Below, in pieces: positions 51,053 through 62,833 of a stretch of 62,833 nt of DNA (within the stretch, counting starts at the first letter, position 1; every line of letters starts with the position of its first letter). The DNA lies in the NCBI GenBank assembly GCA_947467435.1, contig CANIIA010000005.1, forward strand, positions 1 through 62,833, given 5' to 3'. The position numbers and the translations under genes were made by a program. The stretch is from Betaproteobacteria bacterium (GTDB lineage: Bacteria; Pseudomonadota; Gammaproteobacteria; Burkholderiales; SG8-39). The notes beneath the pieces were generated by a model. The model saw only the letters and a program-made list of their open reading frames with translations, ran no database searches and was not told the origin of the DNA.

Positions 51053-51847
51053 TTATTGCGCGGTCCAGCCACCATCCATCGCCAACGCTTGACCGCGCAT
51101 TTGCGCAGCGCCTGGCGAACATAAAAATAACGCCAAGTCTGCCAACTGCTCTGGGGTCACAAATTCTTTTGATGGATGTTTTTCGCCAACCAATTCGAGC
51201 TTCGCAGCTTCGTAGGTTTTACCTTCAGATTTCGCGCGCGCACGAATTTGTTGATCGACCAATGGCGTGAGCACCCCACCTGGGCAAATCGCATTACATG
51301 TGACAGGCGTTTCGGCGGTTTCGAGTGCGATGACTTTGGTCAAACCAACGACACCGTGCTTGGCTGCAACGTAAGCGGATTTATTTGCAGATGCGACCAA
51401 CCCGTGCACCGATGCAATATTGATGATCCGTCCCCAACCTCGTGCAAGCATGCCGGGCAGCGCTGCTTTGGCGCCATAAAAGGCCGCAGATAGATTAATT
51501 GAAATGATGCGTTCCCATTGCGCATCCGGAAAAGAAGCCACCGGAGCCACGTGTTGAACGCCGGCATTACTCACGAGCACATCAACCGCACCCAATTCTT
51601 TTTCAGCCGTTGCAATTAAGTCCGCAATTTCTGTGGGACGCGTCATGTCCGCGCCGTGATAAGCCACCTTCACATCCAACGCGGTGAGCGATTGCTGAAT
51701 ACGCGCAATCTCGGCTGCGTCGCCCATGCCATTCAACATGACATTTGCACCGGCTTGCGCCAAGCGAGTGGCCAAGCCCAAACCGATGCCACTTGTGGAA
51801 CCGGTCACCACCGCGCAGCGACCGCGCAAACTTTGCTCTGACATCAC
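51053..51847 (-). CDS. bdhA: D-3-hydroxybutyrate dehydrogenase
   Basis: TGSTSGIG, NAGVQH, ASVHGLVAS, YVAAKHG. Confidence 0.88.
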   Translation of the reverse strand: MMSEQSLRGRCAVVTGSTSGIGLGLATRLAQAGANVMLNGMGDAAEIARIQQSLTALDVKVAYHGADMTRPTEIADLIATAEKELGAVDVLVSNAGVQHVAPVASFPDAQWERIISINLSAAFYGAKAALPGMLARGWGRIINIASVHGLVASANKSAYVAAKHGVVGLTKVIALETAETPVTCNAICPGGVLTPLVDQQIRARAKSEGKTYEAAKLELVGEKHPSKEFVTPEQLADLALFLCSPGAAQMRGQALAMDGGWTAQ

Positions 51848-51896
51848 GTGCCCTCAAAAAACGTTGATCACTGGTTTCATCATCAGCGCGACGCAA

Positions 51897-53978
<2,082 letters not shown>

Positions 53979-54103
53979 GACATCCTTCTGATTATAGGCG
54001 TAAATATCCCCCGCTCGGCAGCGCTTTGGTAAACTAGTCAGTTCCGCTCGGTGTTCCGCCGAATCCCGCTCCAAGCCCAGCTTGAAGAATGGTTGAGTGA
54101 CCC

Positions 54104-54790
54104 ATGACCGCATCCGCAGCCTTGAACATCGAACAAGCCCGATTCAATATGGTTGAGCAACAAATTCGTCCGTGGGACGTGCTCGACCAATCTGTGCTCG
54201 ATTTACTTTACGTCGTGCCACGCGAGCAGTTTGTGCCCTCAGTCCACCGCGCGCTGGCGTTCACCGATCTAGAAATCCCGCTCGAAGCCGATACGCGACA
54301 TGGCGCGCACATGTTAGCGCCACGCGTTGAAGCGCGCATTTTGCAAGCCTTGCATTTAAAAAAATCGGATCGCGTTCTTGAGGTAGGCACTGGCAGCGGT
54401 TATCTCACCGCGTTACTCGCGCATCGTGCAGCCCAGGTTGTTTCCGTCGAAATCAATCCAACGTTGGCTGCGTTTGCACGCAACAATCTCGCGCGTCATG
54501 GCATCGACAATGTACAGCTCGTTACGGGTGATGCCTCGCGCGGTTGGGCAGATCACGCGCCCTACGATGCCATTGTGCTCGGTGGTTCGATTCCTATTCT
54601 GCCGAATGAATTGCTGGCCCAGCTCGTACCAGGCGGGCGTTTGTTCGCGGTGGTTGGCGATGCCCCCATCATGGTGGCACGTTTGTATACCAGCGATGCA
54701 GCGGGTGGTCATACAGAAACAGACTTGTTCGATACGATGCTCACACCGCTCGCTAATGCCATGCAAGCACCGCGCTTTCAATTCACATGA
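54104..54790 (+). CDS. pcm: Protein-L-isoaspartate O-methyltransferase
   Basis: ARFNMVEQQIRPW, VLEVGTGSGY, APYDAI. Confidence 0.92.
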   Translation: MTASAALNIEQARFNMVEQQIRPWDVLDQSVLDLLYVVPREQFVPSVHRALAFTDLEIPLEADTRHGAHMLAPRVEARILQALHLKKSDRVLEVGTGSGYLTALLAHRAAQVVSVEINPTLAAFARNNLARHGIDNVQLVTGDASRGWADHAPYDAIVLGGSIPILPNELLAQLVPGGRLFAVVGDAPIMVARLYTSDAAGGHTETDLFDTMLTPLANAMQAPRFQFT

Positions 54791-55110
54791 ACACCATCAC
54801 GCCCACCGAGTTACACGCCTGGCTCAATGATGCCGCGCGTCCTGCGCCCGTTTTACTCGACGTGCGCGAACCTTGGGAATTTGAAACCGCGCATATTGCT
54901 GGCGCAACCTTGATTCCGATGAACACCATTCCGGCACAGATCGATACGCTCGATCGACAAGCGCAAACGGTGGTGATCTGTCACCACGGCGGGCGCAGCA
55001 TGCAGGTGGCCAACTATTTGCAACAACATGGCTTCTCTCAGGTCTATAACCTCACGGGGGGCGTCAACGCGTGGGCGCTCAAGGTCGACCCCGCCATGCC
55101 GACTTATTAA
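54787..55110 (+). CDS. Rhodanese-like sulfurtransferase
   Basis: LLDVREPWE, CHHGGRS, NLTGG. Confidence 0.9.
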   Translation: MNTITPTELHAWLNDAARPAPVLLDVREPWEFETAHIAGATLIPMNTIPAQIDTLDRQAQTVVICHHGGRSMQVANYLQQHGFSQVYNLTGGVNAWALKVDPAMPTY

Positions 55111-55146
55111 TTTTTATTCGACGTCATTCTCGCCACTGGGATTTCC

Positions 55147-56475
55147 ATGAAACGCCGTTTGCTTATCGCTGCTATCGCTACCGCTTTTGCCAGTCAGGCA
55201 GCCGCCGAAGACCTGTTGCAGGTTTATCGCGATGCGCGTGCCTACGATGCACAATATTCTGCCGCACGTTATGCCTTACAAGCGGGCATCGAAAAACTGC
55301 CGCAGGGTCTGGCAGGCGTGTTACCCACGCTCAACCTCACCGGTTACGCCACACGCGCGAATTACGATGTAGAGCCACGCTCTGGGAACACCAGTTCGGC
55401 CTATACCCGCTCAATCAGCAATGCCAACTACACGTTTACGCTGACTCAACCGGTCTATCGAGCACAAAACAAACTCACTTGGGATCAAGGTGAATACCAA
55501 GTCAAACAAGCCGAAGCCTTGTTTTCGGTGGCAACGCAAGATCTCATCTTGCGTGTTGCGCAAGCCTACTTTGATGTGCTGTCAGCACAAGACACCTTAG
55601 CGCTTACGCGCGCGCAGAAAGAAGCCATTTCTGAACAACTGGCTCAAGCAAAACGCAACTTCGAAGTCGGTACGGCCACCATCACCGATACGCATGAAGC
55701 ACAAGCCCGCTTTGATTTATCGAGCGCGCAAGAAATCACCGCGCTCAACGACCTCGAAGTCAAGCGACGTAACTTGGCACAGATCACTGGCAAAAACTAC
55801 GAGGTATTAAAACCGCTTAAACCCGAGATCAAACTCTCGCCACCTGCGCCGGCAAAAATGGAGTCTTGGGTTGAGCTAGCCACGAAACAAAGCTTCACCG
55901 TACTCGCGCAAGAAGCTGTGGCAGAAATTGCGCAGCTCGAAGCAAAAAAACAGCGCGCCGGACATTATCCCACCCTCGATTTGGTCGCGAGCTATGGCTT
56001 GACCGGTCAAACCGGTAGCACCATCACTTCGCTGGGGACCAACACCACGGCAAGCTCGCTACAACTCCAAGTGGCTGTGCCCCTGTATGCAGGCGGAGTC
56101 ATTAATTCACGTGAACGCGAAACCGCAGCGCTGGCCATGAAGGCGCGCGATGATCTAGAAAACGTGCGCCGCACCAGCGCATTGACGTCGCAACAATCGT
56201 ATCTGGGCGTGATCAACGGCATCGCTCAAGTGCGCGCCTTGGAAGCCGCGCTGGTTTCGAGTCAATCCGCGCTCGATTCAAACAAGTTAGGCTATGAGGT
56301 GGGTGTACGCATCAATATCGACGTACTCAACGCACAGCAACAACTTTTTTCCACTCGACGCGATCTTGCGGTAGCTCGCTACAACACCATCACCAATTTT
56401 TTAAAGCTCAAAGCGGCGGTTGGTGGTTTAGCTGAGCCGGATCTCGAAGAATACAACAAGGCGTTAGCACCTTAG
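55147..56475 (+). CDS. tolC: TolC family outer membrane efflux protein
   Basis: Signal peptide, DLLQVYR, AYFDVL, GYEVGVR. Confidence 0.92.
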   Translation: MKRRLLIAAIATAFASQAAAEDLLQVYRDARAYDAQYSAARYALQAGIEKLPQGLAGVLPTLNLTGYATRANYDVEPRSGNTSSAYTRSISNANYTFTLTQPVYRAQNKLTWDQGEYQVKQAEALFSVATQDLILRVAQAYFDVLSAQDTLALTRAQKEAISEQLAQAKRNFEVGTATITDTHEAQARFDLSSAQEITALNDLEVKRRNLAQITGKNYEVLKPLKPEIKLSPPAPAKMESWVELATKQSFTVLAQEAVAEIAQLEAKKQRAGHYPTLDLVASYGLTGQTGSTITSLGTNTTASSLQLQVAVPLYAGGVINSRERETAALAMKARDDLENVRRTSALTSQQSYLGVINGIAQVRALEAALVSSQSALDSNKLGYEVGVRINIDVLNAQQQLFSTRRDLAVARYNTITNFLKLKAAVGGLAEPDLEEYNKALAP

Positions 56476-57725
56476 GCGCTCAGTAACTCGAGCATCAAGT
56501 CCATATGGCGCTGTGTTGCGCCTCGGTGTTTTTGACATAGCGCGATTCCAGCAACGCCCATTTTCTTTCGTTGAGCCGCATCCTTCAGCAGCACGTTGGT
56601 GTTGGTTGCTGCAGCGTTGGCGTCCGCAACTTGAATGAGTGCGCCGCGACGCGCGGCTTCTTGTGTCACCGCTTTAAAATTAAAACTATGTGGGCCGCTA
56701 ATCACCGGCACGCCTTGCGCGCACACTTCAATCAGGTTCTGCCCGCCCAAGCGTAAAAAGCTGCCTCCCATCAAGGCCACATCCGCAAGCGCGATGTAAA
56801 AAGCCATCTCTCCCATGGTGTCGCCCAGCAACACCTGCGCATCACCAATCGATTGCCCATGACTGCGCCGTGCAATGCGCAGGCCTCGCGCTAAACAAAG
56901 TTGCGCCACCTCTTCAAAGCGCTGCGGATGGCGCGGCACAATACAAATCAACGTATCTGTCGGTAATACAGGTAGCAAAGCATCGAGCAGTAACGCCTCT
57001 TCTGCTTCACGCGTGCTGGCTAACAACACCACTCGTCGGTGGATCAGTTGTTCGCGTAGCGCCTGGCCAGCATCTCGCTGTGCTGCGTTGAATGCAACAT
57101 CAAACTTTAAATTACCAAGCACTTGAATTCGATGCGCGCCTAGCCGCGCCAGCCGAAGCGCATCGGCTTCATGCTGGGCGCAGACAAACGAGAACGTATT
57201 GAATGCAGGCCGACTCAACCAAGCCAAACGTGCATACGCGCGTGCAGAATTTGCAGACAAACGTGCATTCGCAAGTACCACTGGAATGTGCTTCGCGCGA
57301 CATGCGGCAAGCAAGTTAAACCAAACCTCGGTTTCAATCATTACCGCGATTTTCGGTTGTACGGTAGACAATAAGCGCTGCACTGCAAACGGAAAATCGT
57401 AGGGTAAAAAAGCCGCTTGCACGCGGTCACCAAACACTTGCCCAATCGTCATTCTGCCGGCGGCAGTCATACAAGTGATCAACACGTCATGATGCGGAAG
57501 TGCTTCAAGTAGCGCTTGTACCAGTGGCGCGCTGGCACGCACTTCGCCCACCGACACTGCATGAATCCAAATGACTGGGCGCGTGCTGCGTAATTTGATG
57601 CGGCCAAAGCGTTCAGACAAATGCTGCGCATACGCAGGTTCGCGACGACTGCGTCGCCATACGCGCAATAAAATCCACGGTAAACCAAGCCACAATAACA
57701 AGGTATAGATTGCGCGCGAGATCAT
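56472..57725 (-). CDS. waaA: 3-deoxy-D-manno-octulosonic acid transferase
   Basis: IWIHAVSVGE, ETEVW, NARLS, PRHPQRF, GDTMGEM, GGQNLIE. Confidence 0.96.
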   Translation of the reverse strand: MISRAIYTLLLWLGLPWILLRVWRRSRREPAYAQHLSERFGRIKLRSTRPVIWIHAVSVGEVRASAPLVQALLEALPHHDVLITCMTAAGRMTIGQVFGDRVQAAFLPYDFPFAVQRLLSTVQPKIAVMIETEVWFNLLAACRAKHIPVVLANARLSANSARAYARLAWLSRPAFNTFSFVCAQHEADALRLARLGAHRIQVLGNLKFDVAFNAAQRDAGQALREQLIHRRVVLLASTREAEEALLLDALLPVLPTDTLICIVPRHPQRFEEVAQLCLARGLRIARRSHGQSIGDAQVLLGDTMGEMAFYIALADVALMGGSFLRLGGQNLIEVCAQGVPVISGPHSFNFKAVTQEAARRGALIQVADANAAATNTNVLLKDAAQRKKMGVAGIALCQKHRGATQRHMDLMLELLSA

Positions 57726-58675
57726 GCGTGCCTTTCTAAGATCTCGAACACCGCCTGTGCGCTGGGTACTGCTTGTGGGCCGCCGAGATTTGCAATCACG
57801 CTTTCGCCGTATAAGCCCGTGTAGGCCGGATCGGTGCTGACATAAATTCCTACACTCGGTCGACCTAAGGCGACGCCCAAATGCGTTAATCCAGTATCCA
57901 CACCAATCACGTACCGTGCATCTGCAAGTAACGCAGCTACGCAGGGCAATGTAAGTAACGCCGGCACCACGCCAACACCTGCCGCTGCCACGATGCGTTC
58001 GACACGTGCTTGTTCACGCGTATTTCCCCACGGCAAGACCGATGTGATGCCTTGGCTACTGAGGTGTTGTACCAGACGCACCCAATCCGCTTCGGGCCAT
58101 AACTTTTCATCGCGGCTACTCATGCTGAGTAAGACGGCGTAAGGTCCATTGCATGTAAAGGGATTGGGGGTGTTCACCTGAAGCCCATAGTCGCAGCTTG
58201 CGGCCCGTGGTTGCGGAAGACTCAATGCCTGCGCCACCAACTGTCGGTTTCTCTGCACTGCATGTTGTTGACGTGACACCGAATGTTTGACGTCATAACA
58301 CCACGAAGCGATCGATTCGCGCGCACTCGCGTGATCGTAGCCATGCCGCACACCGAGCGCTTGCAAACAAATCAACGCGCTTTTGAGTAAGCCTTGTGTG
58401 TCAATCACCGCATCATAGGGTTGACGACGCAATGCAACTCGAAACGCGCGCATGTCGCGCCAAGTTTGTGTGGTTAAAAAACGCCGGCGCCATTGACGGA
58501 TCGCTACCGGAAACACCGTCGACACCTGTGGATGCATTGCAGGTAACACATCAAATGGCGACTCCACCACCCAGTCGATCTGTGCGTTTGGTAGTGCGCG
58601 ACAAACATCGGCCACTGCGGGCAACTGATGCAGGACATCGCCGAGCGAAGAGGTCTTGACGAACAAAATGCGCAT
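57722..58675 (-). CDS. waaC: LPS heptosyltransferase I
   Basis: MRILFVKTSSLGD, DTQGLLKSA, GVDTGLTH. Confidence 0.94.
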   Translation of the reverse strand: MRILFVKTSSLGDVLHQLPAVADVCRALPNAQIDWVVESPFDVLPAMHPQVSTVFPVAIRQWRRRFLTTQTWRDMRAFRVALRRQPYDAVIDTQGLLKSALICLQALGVRHGYDHASARESIASWCYDVKHSVSRQQHAVQRNRQLVAQALSLPQPRAASCDYGLQVNTPNPFTCNGPYAVLLSMSSRDEKLWPEADWVRLVQHLSSQGITSVLPWGNTREQARVERIVAAAGVGVVPALLTLPCVAALLADARYVIGVDTGLTHLGVALGRPSVGIYVSTDPAYTGLYGESVIANLGGPQAVPSAQAVFEILERHA

Positions 58676-58775
58676 GGCGCCCGGCTCAAAGGACCGCACA
58701 AAACCGAAATCACGCGGGGCGGGTCGGCTAAAATGGCGGTTACTAAAGAACACCAATTATACGGGAAACCCTCTT

Positions 58776-59564
58776 TTGTCGACCTCACACACCCCCGCCG
58801 CCGAGCCAAGCCGCCAGCGCTTATCGGTCGTGTTGATCGTGCACAACGCTGCAGATTCACTGGCCGCTTGTTTGGCTAGCGTGGCGTTTGCCGACGATCT
58901 TGTGGTGGTCGATTCGGGCAGCACCGATGCCACCGTCGCGATTGCACAAGCGCACGGCGCACGGGTCATCCATCGCACGTGGCTAGGCTTTGGTCCGCAA
59001 AAACAATTTGCGATCGAACAAGCCTTGCACGATTGGGTGTTGTGTATTGATGCTGATGAGCAAGTGTCACCTGAATTAGCCAACGCTATCCAGCGTGCAT
59101 TGATTGCACCGCATACCTGCGTTTTTCGTATGGCGCGCTGCAATCGTTTTCTAGGTCGTTGGTTGCGTCATGGCGAAGGCTATCCCGACTGGAGTCCGCG
59201 GCTGTTTGATCGACGCGTGGCGCGTTGGAGTGATGACGCTGTACACGAAAAAGTTTTGTACAACACCGTACCAGAAACCTTAGCGGGTGATCTGATGCAT
59301 GCTTCCGGTGAAAGTCTCTCACGCTATCTCGAGAAACAAAATCGCTACTCCAGCTTAGCGGCGGGACAACTCTACGCACAGGGAAAACGCGTGCGTTGGC
59401 CGCGTTTACTGTTGAGTCCATTGGCGCGGTTTTTTAAATTTTATTTTTTCCGTGGTGGTTTTTTAGACGGTCTACCGGGCTTCGTTCATACCAGCATTGG
59501 TTGTATGAATAGTTACCTTAAGTATGCCAAGCTCATTGAATTACAGCGAAACGAGAAATCATGA
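58776..59564 (+). CDS. Glycosyltransferase family 2 (LPS core, WaaE/KdtX-like)
   Basis: VVDSGSTD, GFGPQK, IDADE, VHE, GFLDG. Start uncertain. Confidence 0.88.
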   Translation: MSTSHTPAAEPSRQRLSVVLIVHNAADSLAACLASVAFADDLVVVDSGSTDATVAIAQAHGARVIHRTWLGFGPQKQFAIEQALHDWVLCIDADEQVSPELANAIQRALIAPHTCVFRMARCNRFLGRWLRHGEGYPDWSPRLFDRRVARWSDDAVHEKVLYNTVPETLAGDLMHASGESLSRYLEKQNRYSSLAAGQLYAQGKRVRWPRLLLSPLARFFKFYFFRGGFLDGLPGFVHTSIGCMNSYLKYAKLIELQRNEKS

Positions 59565-60535
59565 ACGTCATCGTTACGGGCTGCGCTGGATTTATCGGGA
59601 TGCATGCGGTTGAGCAGTTACTAGCGCGCGGTGACACCGTTTTTGGTGTTGATGTGCTTACGCCGTACTACTCGTTGGCTCTGAAAGAGGCACGCCTAGC
59701 GCGCTTGTTATCGCACCCTAATTTTCATTTTCATCGTACCGACATCACTGATGCCAAAGCGCTACAACACGTTTTTGACCAAGCCAACGCCGAACGTGTT
59801 CTGCATTTAGCTGCCCAACCTGGCGTGCGATATTCCATTGAAAATCCAAGCTCGTATATACAAAACAATCTGGTCGGATTTGCCAATATTCTTGAAGCTT
59901 GTCGCCACACGGGCATTGCGCATTTGGTGTTCGCCTCTAGCTCGAGTGTGTATGGCGGTAACACCAAGCAACCGTTTTCTGAAACCGACCCAGTCGATCG
60001 ACCCGTCAGTTTGTACGCAGCCACCAAAAAATCGAATGAGCTGATGGCTTATGCCTACAGTCATTTATATCAACTGCCCATCACCGGCCTACGCTACTTT
60101 ACAGTCTATGGGCCTTGGGGACGGCCAGATATGTCGCCGATGTTATTCGCGAAGGCGATTCTCGCGAATCAACCGATCCGCGTGTTTAATCATGGCGACA
60201 TGCAACGCGACTTCACGTTTGTCGATGACATTGTCGAGGGCAGTTTACGTGCACTGGATCGAGCACCCAACGCGCAACCACCTTACGCGCTTTTTAATAT
60301 CGGCCATCACACACCCGTCGGGCTGCTGGATTACATCAACGTGCTCGAGCATGTATTACAACGCAAAGCGATTCTGGAAATGGTGCCGATGCAGCCTGGC
60401 GATGTAAAAGCGACTTGGGCAGACACCGACGCCTTAAAGGCCGCTACAGGTTTCGAACCCACAACGACACTAGCGCAAGGTTTAGAAAGATTTGCTGCGT
60501 GGGTACAAGCGCACCCGCAGTTTATAAAAGACTAA
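59561..60535 (+). CDS. NAD-dependent epimerase (UDP-glucuronate 4-epimerase-like)
   Basis: TGCAGFIG, LAAQPGVRYS, YAATKK, YGPWGRPDM. Confidence 0.88.
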   Translation: MNVIVTGCAGFIGMHAVEQLLARGDTVFGVDVLTPYYSLALKEARLARLLSHPNFHFHRTDITDAKALQHVFDQANAERVLHLAAQPGVRYSIENPSSYIQNNLVGFANILEACRHTGIAHLVFASSSSVYGGNTKQPFSETDPVDRPVSLYAATKKSNELMAYAYSHLYQLPITGLRYFTVYGPWGRPDMSPMLFAKAILANQPIRVFNHGDMQRDFTFVDDIVEGSLRALDRAPNAQPPYALFNIGHHTPVGLLDYINVLEHVLQRKAILEMVPMQPGDVKATWADTDALKAATGFEPTTTLAQGLERFAAWVQAHPQFIKD

Positions 60536-61656
60536 CGCTGCTGTAATAACGCTTGTATGCGCTGCGCACGCGCATCCCAAGTAAATGCCTGTGCGCGCGC
60601 ATAAACGCGTTCGCCCAGCTGTTGTGCACGCTGCGGATCATTGATCAGGGTGCGTATCCCGTGGGCTAAGGCGAACGCATCTCCTGCCGGCACCCAAACA
60701 GCATCGTCTTCGCCAAGAATTTCACGTAACGCGGGTAGATCGCTGGCCACAATGGCACACCCTGCTGCCATGTATTCAAACAACTTGATGGGCGAAGTAA
60801 AACGGCTATCCGTATCATCTAAATTGGGTAACACCGCAATACACGCGCCAGCGAGCGCTTGCATGGTGTTGGTGTGTGACATGCGTCCCGCAAAAACAAT
60901 CTGTGCGCCCTCCGTTGGCGCAATCGCCTGAAGTTCGGCTGTGCGCGTGGCGTCACCACCGATCAACGTGATTCGAGCACCAGATAAAAATTTTCCTGCG
61001 TTGACCAGTGTATGAACGCCTTTCCATGGGAAGAAGCTCCCCGCATAGAGAATGTGTTGGTTCGCATTTGCCCATGCTTTATTTGGTAATGCGATTGGCC
61101 GATCAACCCCGTTAGGGATCACGACGCAGCGCGCGCGATCTCCGTACAACGCTTTCAGCCGATGCGCTGTCGCAGCAGAATTTGCGATGACCGCATGACT
61201 ATGTGTATACACAAATTGTTCAAGCAAATAATTTTTCTGTTTTTTTTCTGCAGACGAGGTATCAGAAAAAACTTCGTGGGCTTCATAAATCACACGGGCC
61301 AGCGGCAGCGCCTTAATCAGCGCAGCTGCAAGCTTGAGATGACGCACCAACACCCATGGAGCATCCGTATTTCCAGAAATTTGACGCAGCCAACGCCATA
61401 CAAAAAATCGGTGCGAGTGCAAGCGCGACAGCGGCCAAGGTAAATTGCGCGCAATTGGCCGAACGGTGACGCCTGCGGGTTTTATGACGCCGTAATGATC
61501 AAACGGATCAACCATCTCATGGTTGGCAATGACGGGCACATAAGAACATTCAATTGAAACGCCCGCACGCGCTAGTGCAGCCACGGTACTAATGACTTGC
61601 AAGCCACGCGCTCGATCCAGTGGCAAGGGCTCAGAGAAGGGGTAGAGGAGGTGCAT
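60532..61656 (-). CDS. Glycosyltransferase family 4
   Basis: IPNGV, KG, SPIKLFEYMAAG. Confidence 0.88.
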   Translation of the reverse strand: MHLLYPFSEPLPLDRARGLQVISTVAALARAGVSIECSYVPVIANHEMVDPFDHYGVIKPAGVTVRPIARNLPWPLSRLHSHRFFVWRWLRQISGNTDAPWVLVRHLKLAAALIKALPLARVIYEAHEVFSDTSSAEKKQKNYLLEQFVYTHSHAVIANSAATAHRLKALYGDRARCVVIPNGVDRPIALPNKAWANANQHILYAGSFFPWKGVHTLVNAGKFLSGARITLIGGDATRTAELQAIAPTEGAQIVFAGRMSHTNTMQALAGACIAVLPNLDDTDSRFTSPIKLFEYMAAGCAIVASDLPALREILGEDDAVWVPAGDAFALAHGIRTLINDPQRAQQLGERVYARAQAFTWDARAQRIQALLQQR

Positions 61657-61673
61657 GGGGCCGCCCCAAAAAG

Positions 61674-62432
61674 CTAGACCTCTTTTCTCGCAACTAAAAT
61701 CAAGCAGTCACCAAACAAGATTTTTTCTGAGGTGATACCCGGATCTGGAAATTTTCGCTTACTTACACTATTCTGAATCATACGTGCGATAAATCTTTCA
61801 AAGACTCTTTTAATCCACTGTGGTTTATAGAATAGTCGATCAGAACTTAATTTCTCAATTTTTACACCGCTTGTTAGTAAGAAATAGTTGAGTTGCCAAA
61901 AATAAATTGGGCTGATGTGGGCGTCGTCCACATCCTGATTCATCACGTGCTCCGGCGTTTGCATGAGTGGGCGAAATCTTGGGTAATAACCACCAACAAG
62001 ATATTTCAAACGGGCATCCACGGAAAATGTATTAGGGGTTGTAAGGTACAACCTTCCGCCAGGCTTAAGGACTCGGCAAAGTTCACGTACGAAGAGCCAC
62101 GGATTTTCGAAGTGCTCTATCCCCTCTATGCTGAATACATGATCAAAAAAATTATCAGGAAAGGGGAGGGCGTTGATTACATCGTGCTTGATAAATTTAA
62201 CTGTAGGATCCTTAAGACGAAACGCTGTTTCGTTGATGTCTAAGCAAAAGACCTCGTCGCATCCTCGTGCAAGTAATTGCTGGGCAAACGCGCCATGGCC
62301 TGATGGGACATCGAGCACTTTTCCTTTGAGAGTGCTAGGGCAAAGTTCAAGAATTGCCGGATACATTTCGGGGTTGGCCAGAACACGAATCGGTTCTGCA
62401 GATCGAGCTCTTTCTTCTGAAACGGCTGTCAT
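61674..62432 (-). CDS. Class I SAM-dependent methyltransferase
   Basis: VLDVPSGHG, LPFPDNFFD, RVLKPGG, TTPN. ATGA overlap with the upstream gene. Confidence 0.85.
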   Translation of the reverse strand: MTAVSEERARSAEPIRVLANPEMYPAILELCPSTLKGKVLDVPSGHGAFAQQLLARGCDEVFCLDINETAFRLKDPTVKFIKHDVINALPFPDNFFDHVFSIEGIEHFENPWLFVRELCRVLKPGGRLYLTTPNTFSVDARLKYLVGGYYPRFRPLMQTPEHVMNQDVDDAHISPIYFWQLNYFLLTSGVKIEKLSSDRLFYKPQWIKRVFERFIARMIQNSVSKRKFPDPGITSEKILFGDCLILVARKEV

Positions 62433-62833
62433 TTCGACTCCACCCAATAGTCACCGATCGCTAAACAATCAACTCGACCCTCGGTAAACGCCTTAATTGC
62501 CTCTTGTGGTGCACAAACGATTGGTTCTTCATGCACATTGAAGCTGGTGTTTAGCACGAGCGGGAGCCCAGACAGTTCCGCGTAAGCTGTAATTAATTTA
62601 TGGTATTTGAAATTAGTTTCTTTGCGCACCAATTGAGGTCGAGCCGTACCATCAACGTGCACTACCGCTGGGATCCGTTCTCGCCACTCAGACCTGACAT
62701 CAAACGTGATTGTCATAAATTCAGCAGCGTGGCGCGCTTTCTCCAAGCCCTGGAAAATTTGGTCAGCGTGCTCGGCTAGAACGCTGGGCGCAAATGGCAT
62801 GAATTCAGAACGATCCAGCCGTTGGTTTAACCA
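62429..62833 (-). CDS. NodU/CmcH-family carbamoyltransferase, C-terminal part (5' end beyond the window edge)
   Basis: Frame open to the edge: WLNQRLDRSEFMPFAP...IPAVVHVDGTARPQ...LNTSFNVHEEPIVC. Confidence 0.88.
   Translation of the reverse strand, partial: WLNQRLDRSEFMPFAPSVLAEHADQIFQGLEKARHAAEFMTITFDVRSEWRERIPAVVHVDGTARPQLVRKETNFKYHKLITAYAELSGLPLVLNTSFNVHEEPIVCAPQEAIKAFTEGRVDCLAIGDYWVESK

Noticed and set aside
54104..58675. pcm-rhodanese-tolC next to thiC and waaA/waaC
   Set aside because: A common conserved betaproteobacterial arrangement.

Overview
A 62.8 kb chromosomal segment from a betaproteobacterium, judged from gene content and order. It is mostly housekeeping: tkt-gap-pgk-pyk, nudC, a speD-speE fusion, rsmE, argA, yggX, phoU, rpiA, the pyruvate dehydrogenase operon, folD, prlC, xth, glnA-ntrBC with a sigma-54 promoter and NtrC boxes, uppP, a TPP riboswitch with thiC, pcm-rhodanese-tolC and LPS core genes (waaA, waaC). 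An AT-richer surface-glycan modification block is cut by the right edge. An approximately 18 kb organic-nitrogen (ureide/amide) scavenging cluster lies at about 12.1-30.0 kb and includes a peptide-type ABC operon with a predicted sigma-54/NtrC promoter and an embedded small-protein/amidase pair. I saw no tRNA, rRNA, CRISPR array, integrase or transposase. The best leads are: a structured, RBS-sequestering leader in front of the speD-speE fusion; a stand-alone DGQHR (DndB-like) gene inside the glycolytic cluster; a DUF993 TIM-barrel gene where fba usually sits; the uncharacterised ABC/AtzG-like/amidase module; and a duplicated inverted motif between the divergent FAH and RraA genes. All family calls come from motif recognition by eye; no database searches were run.
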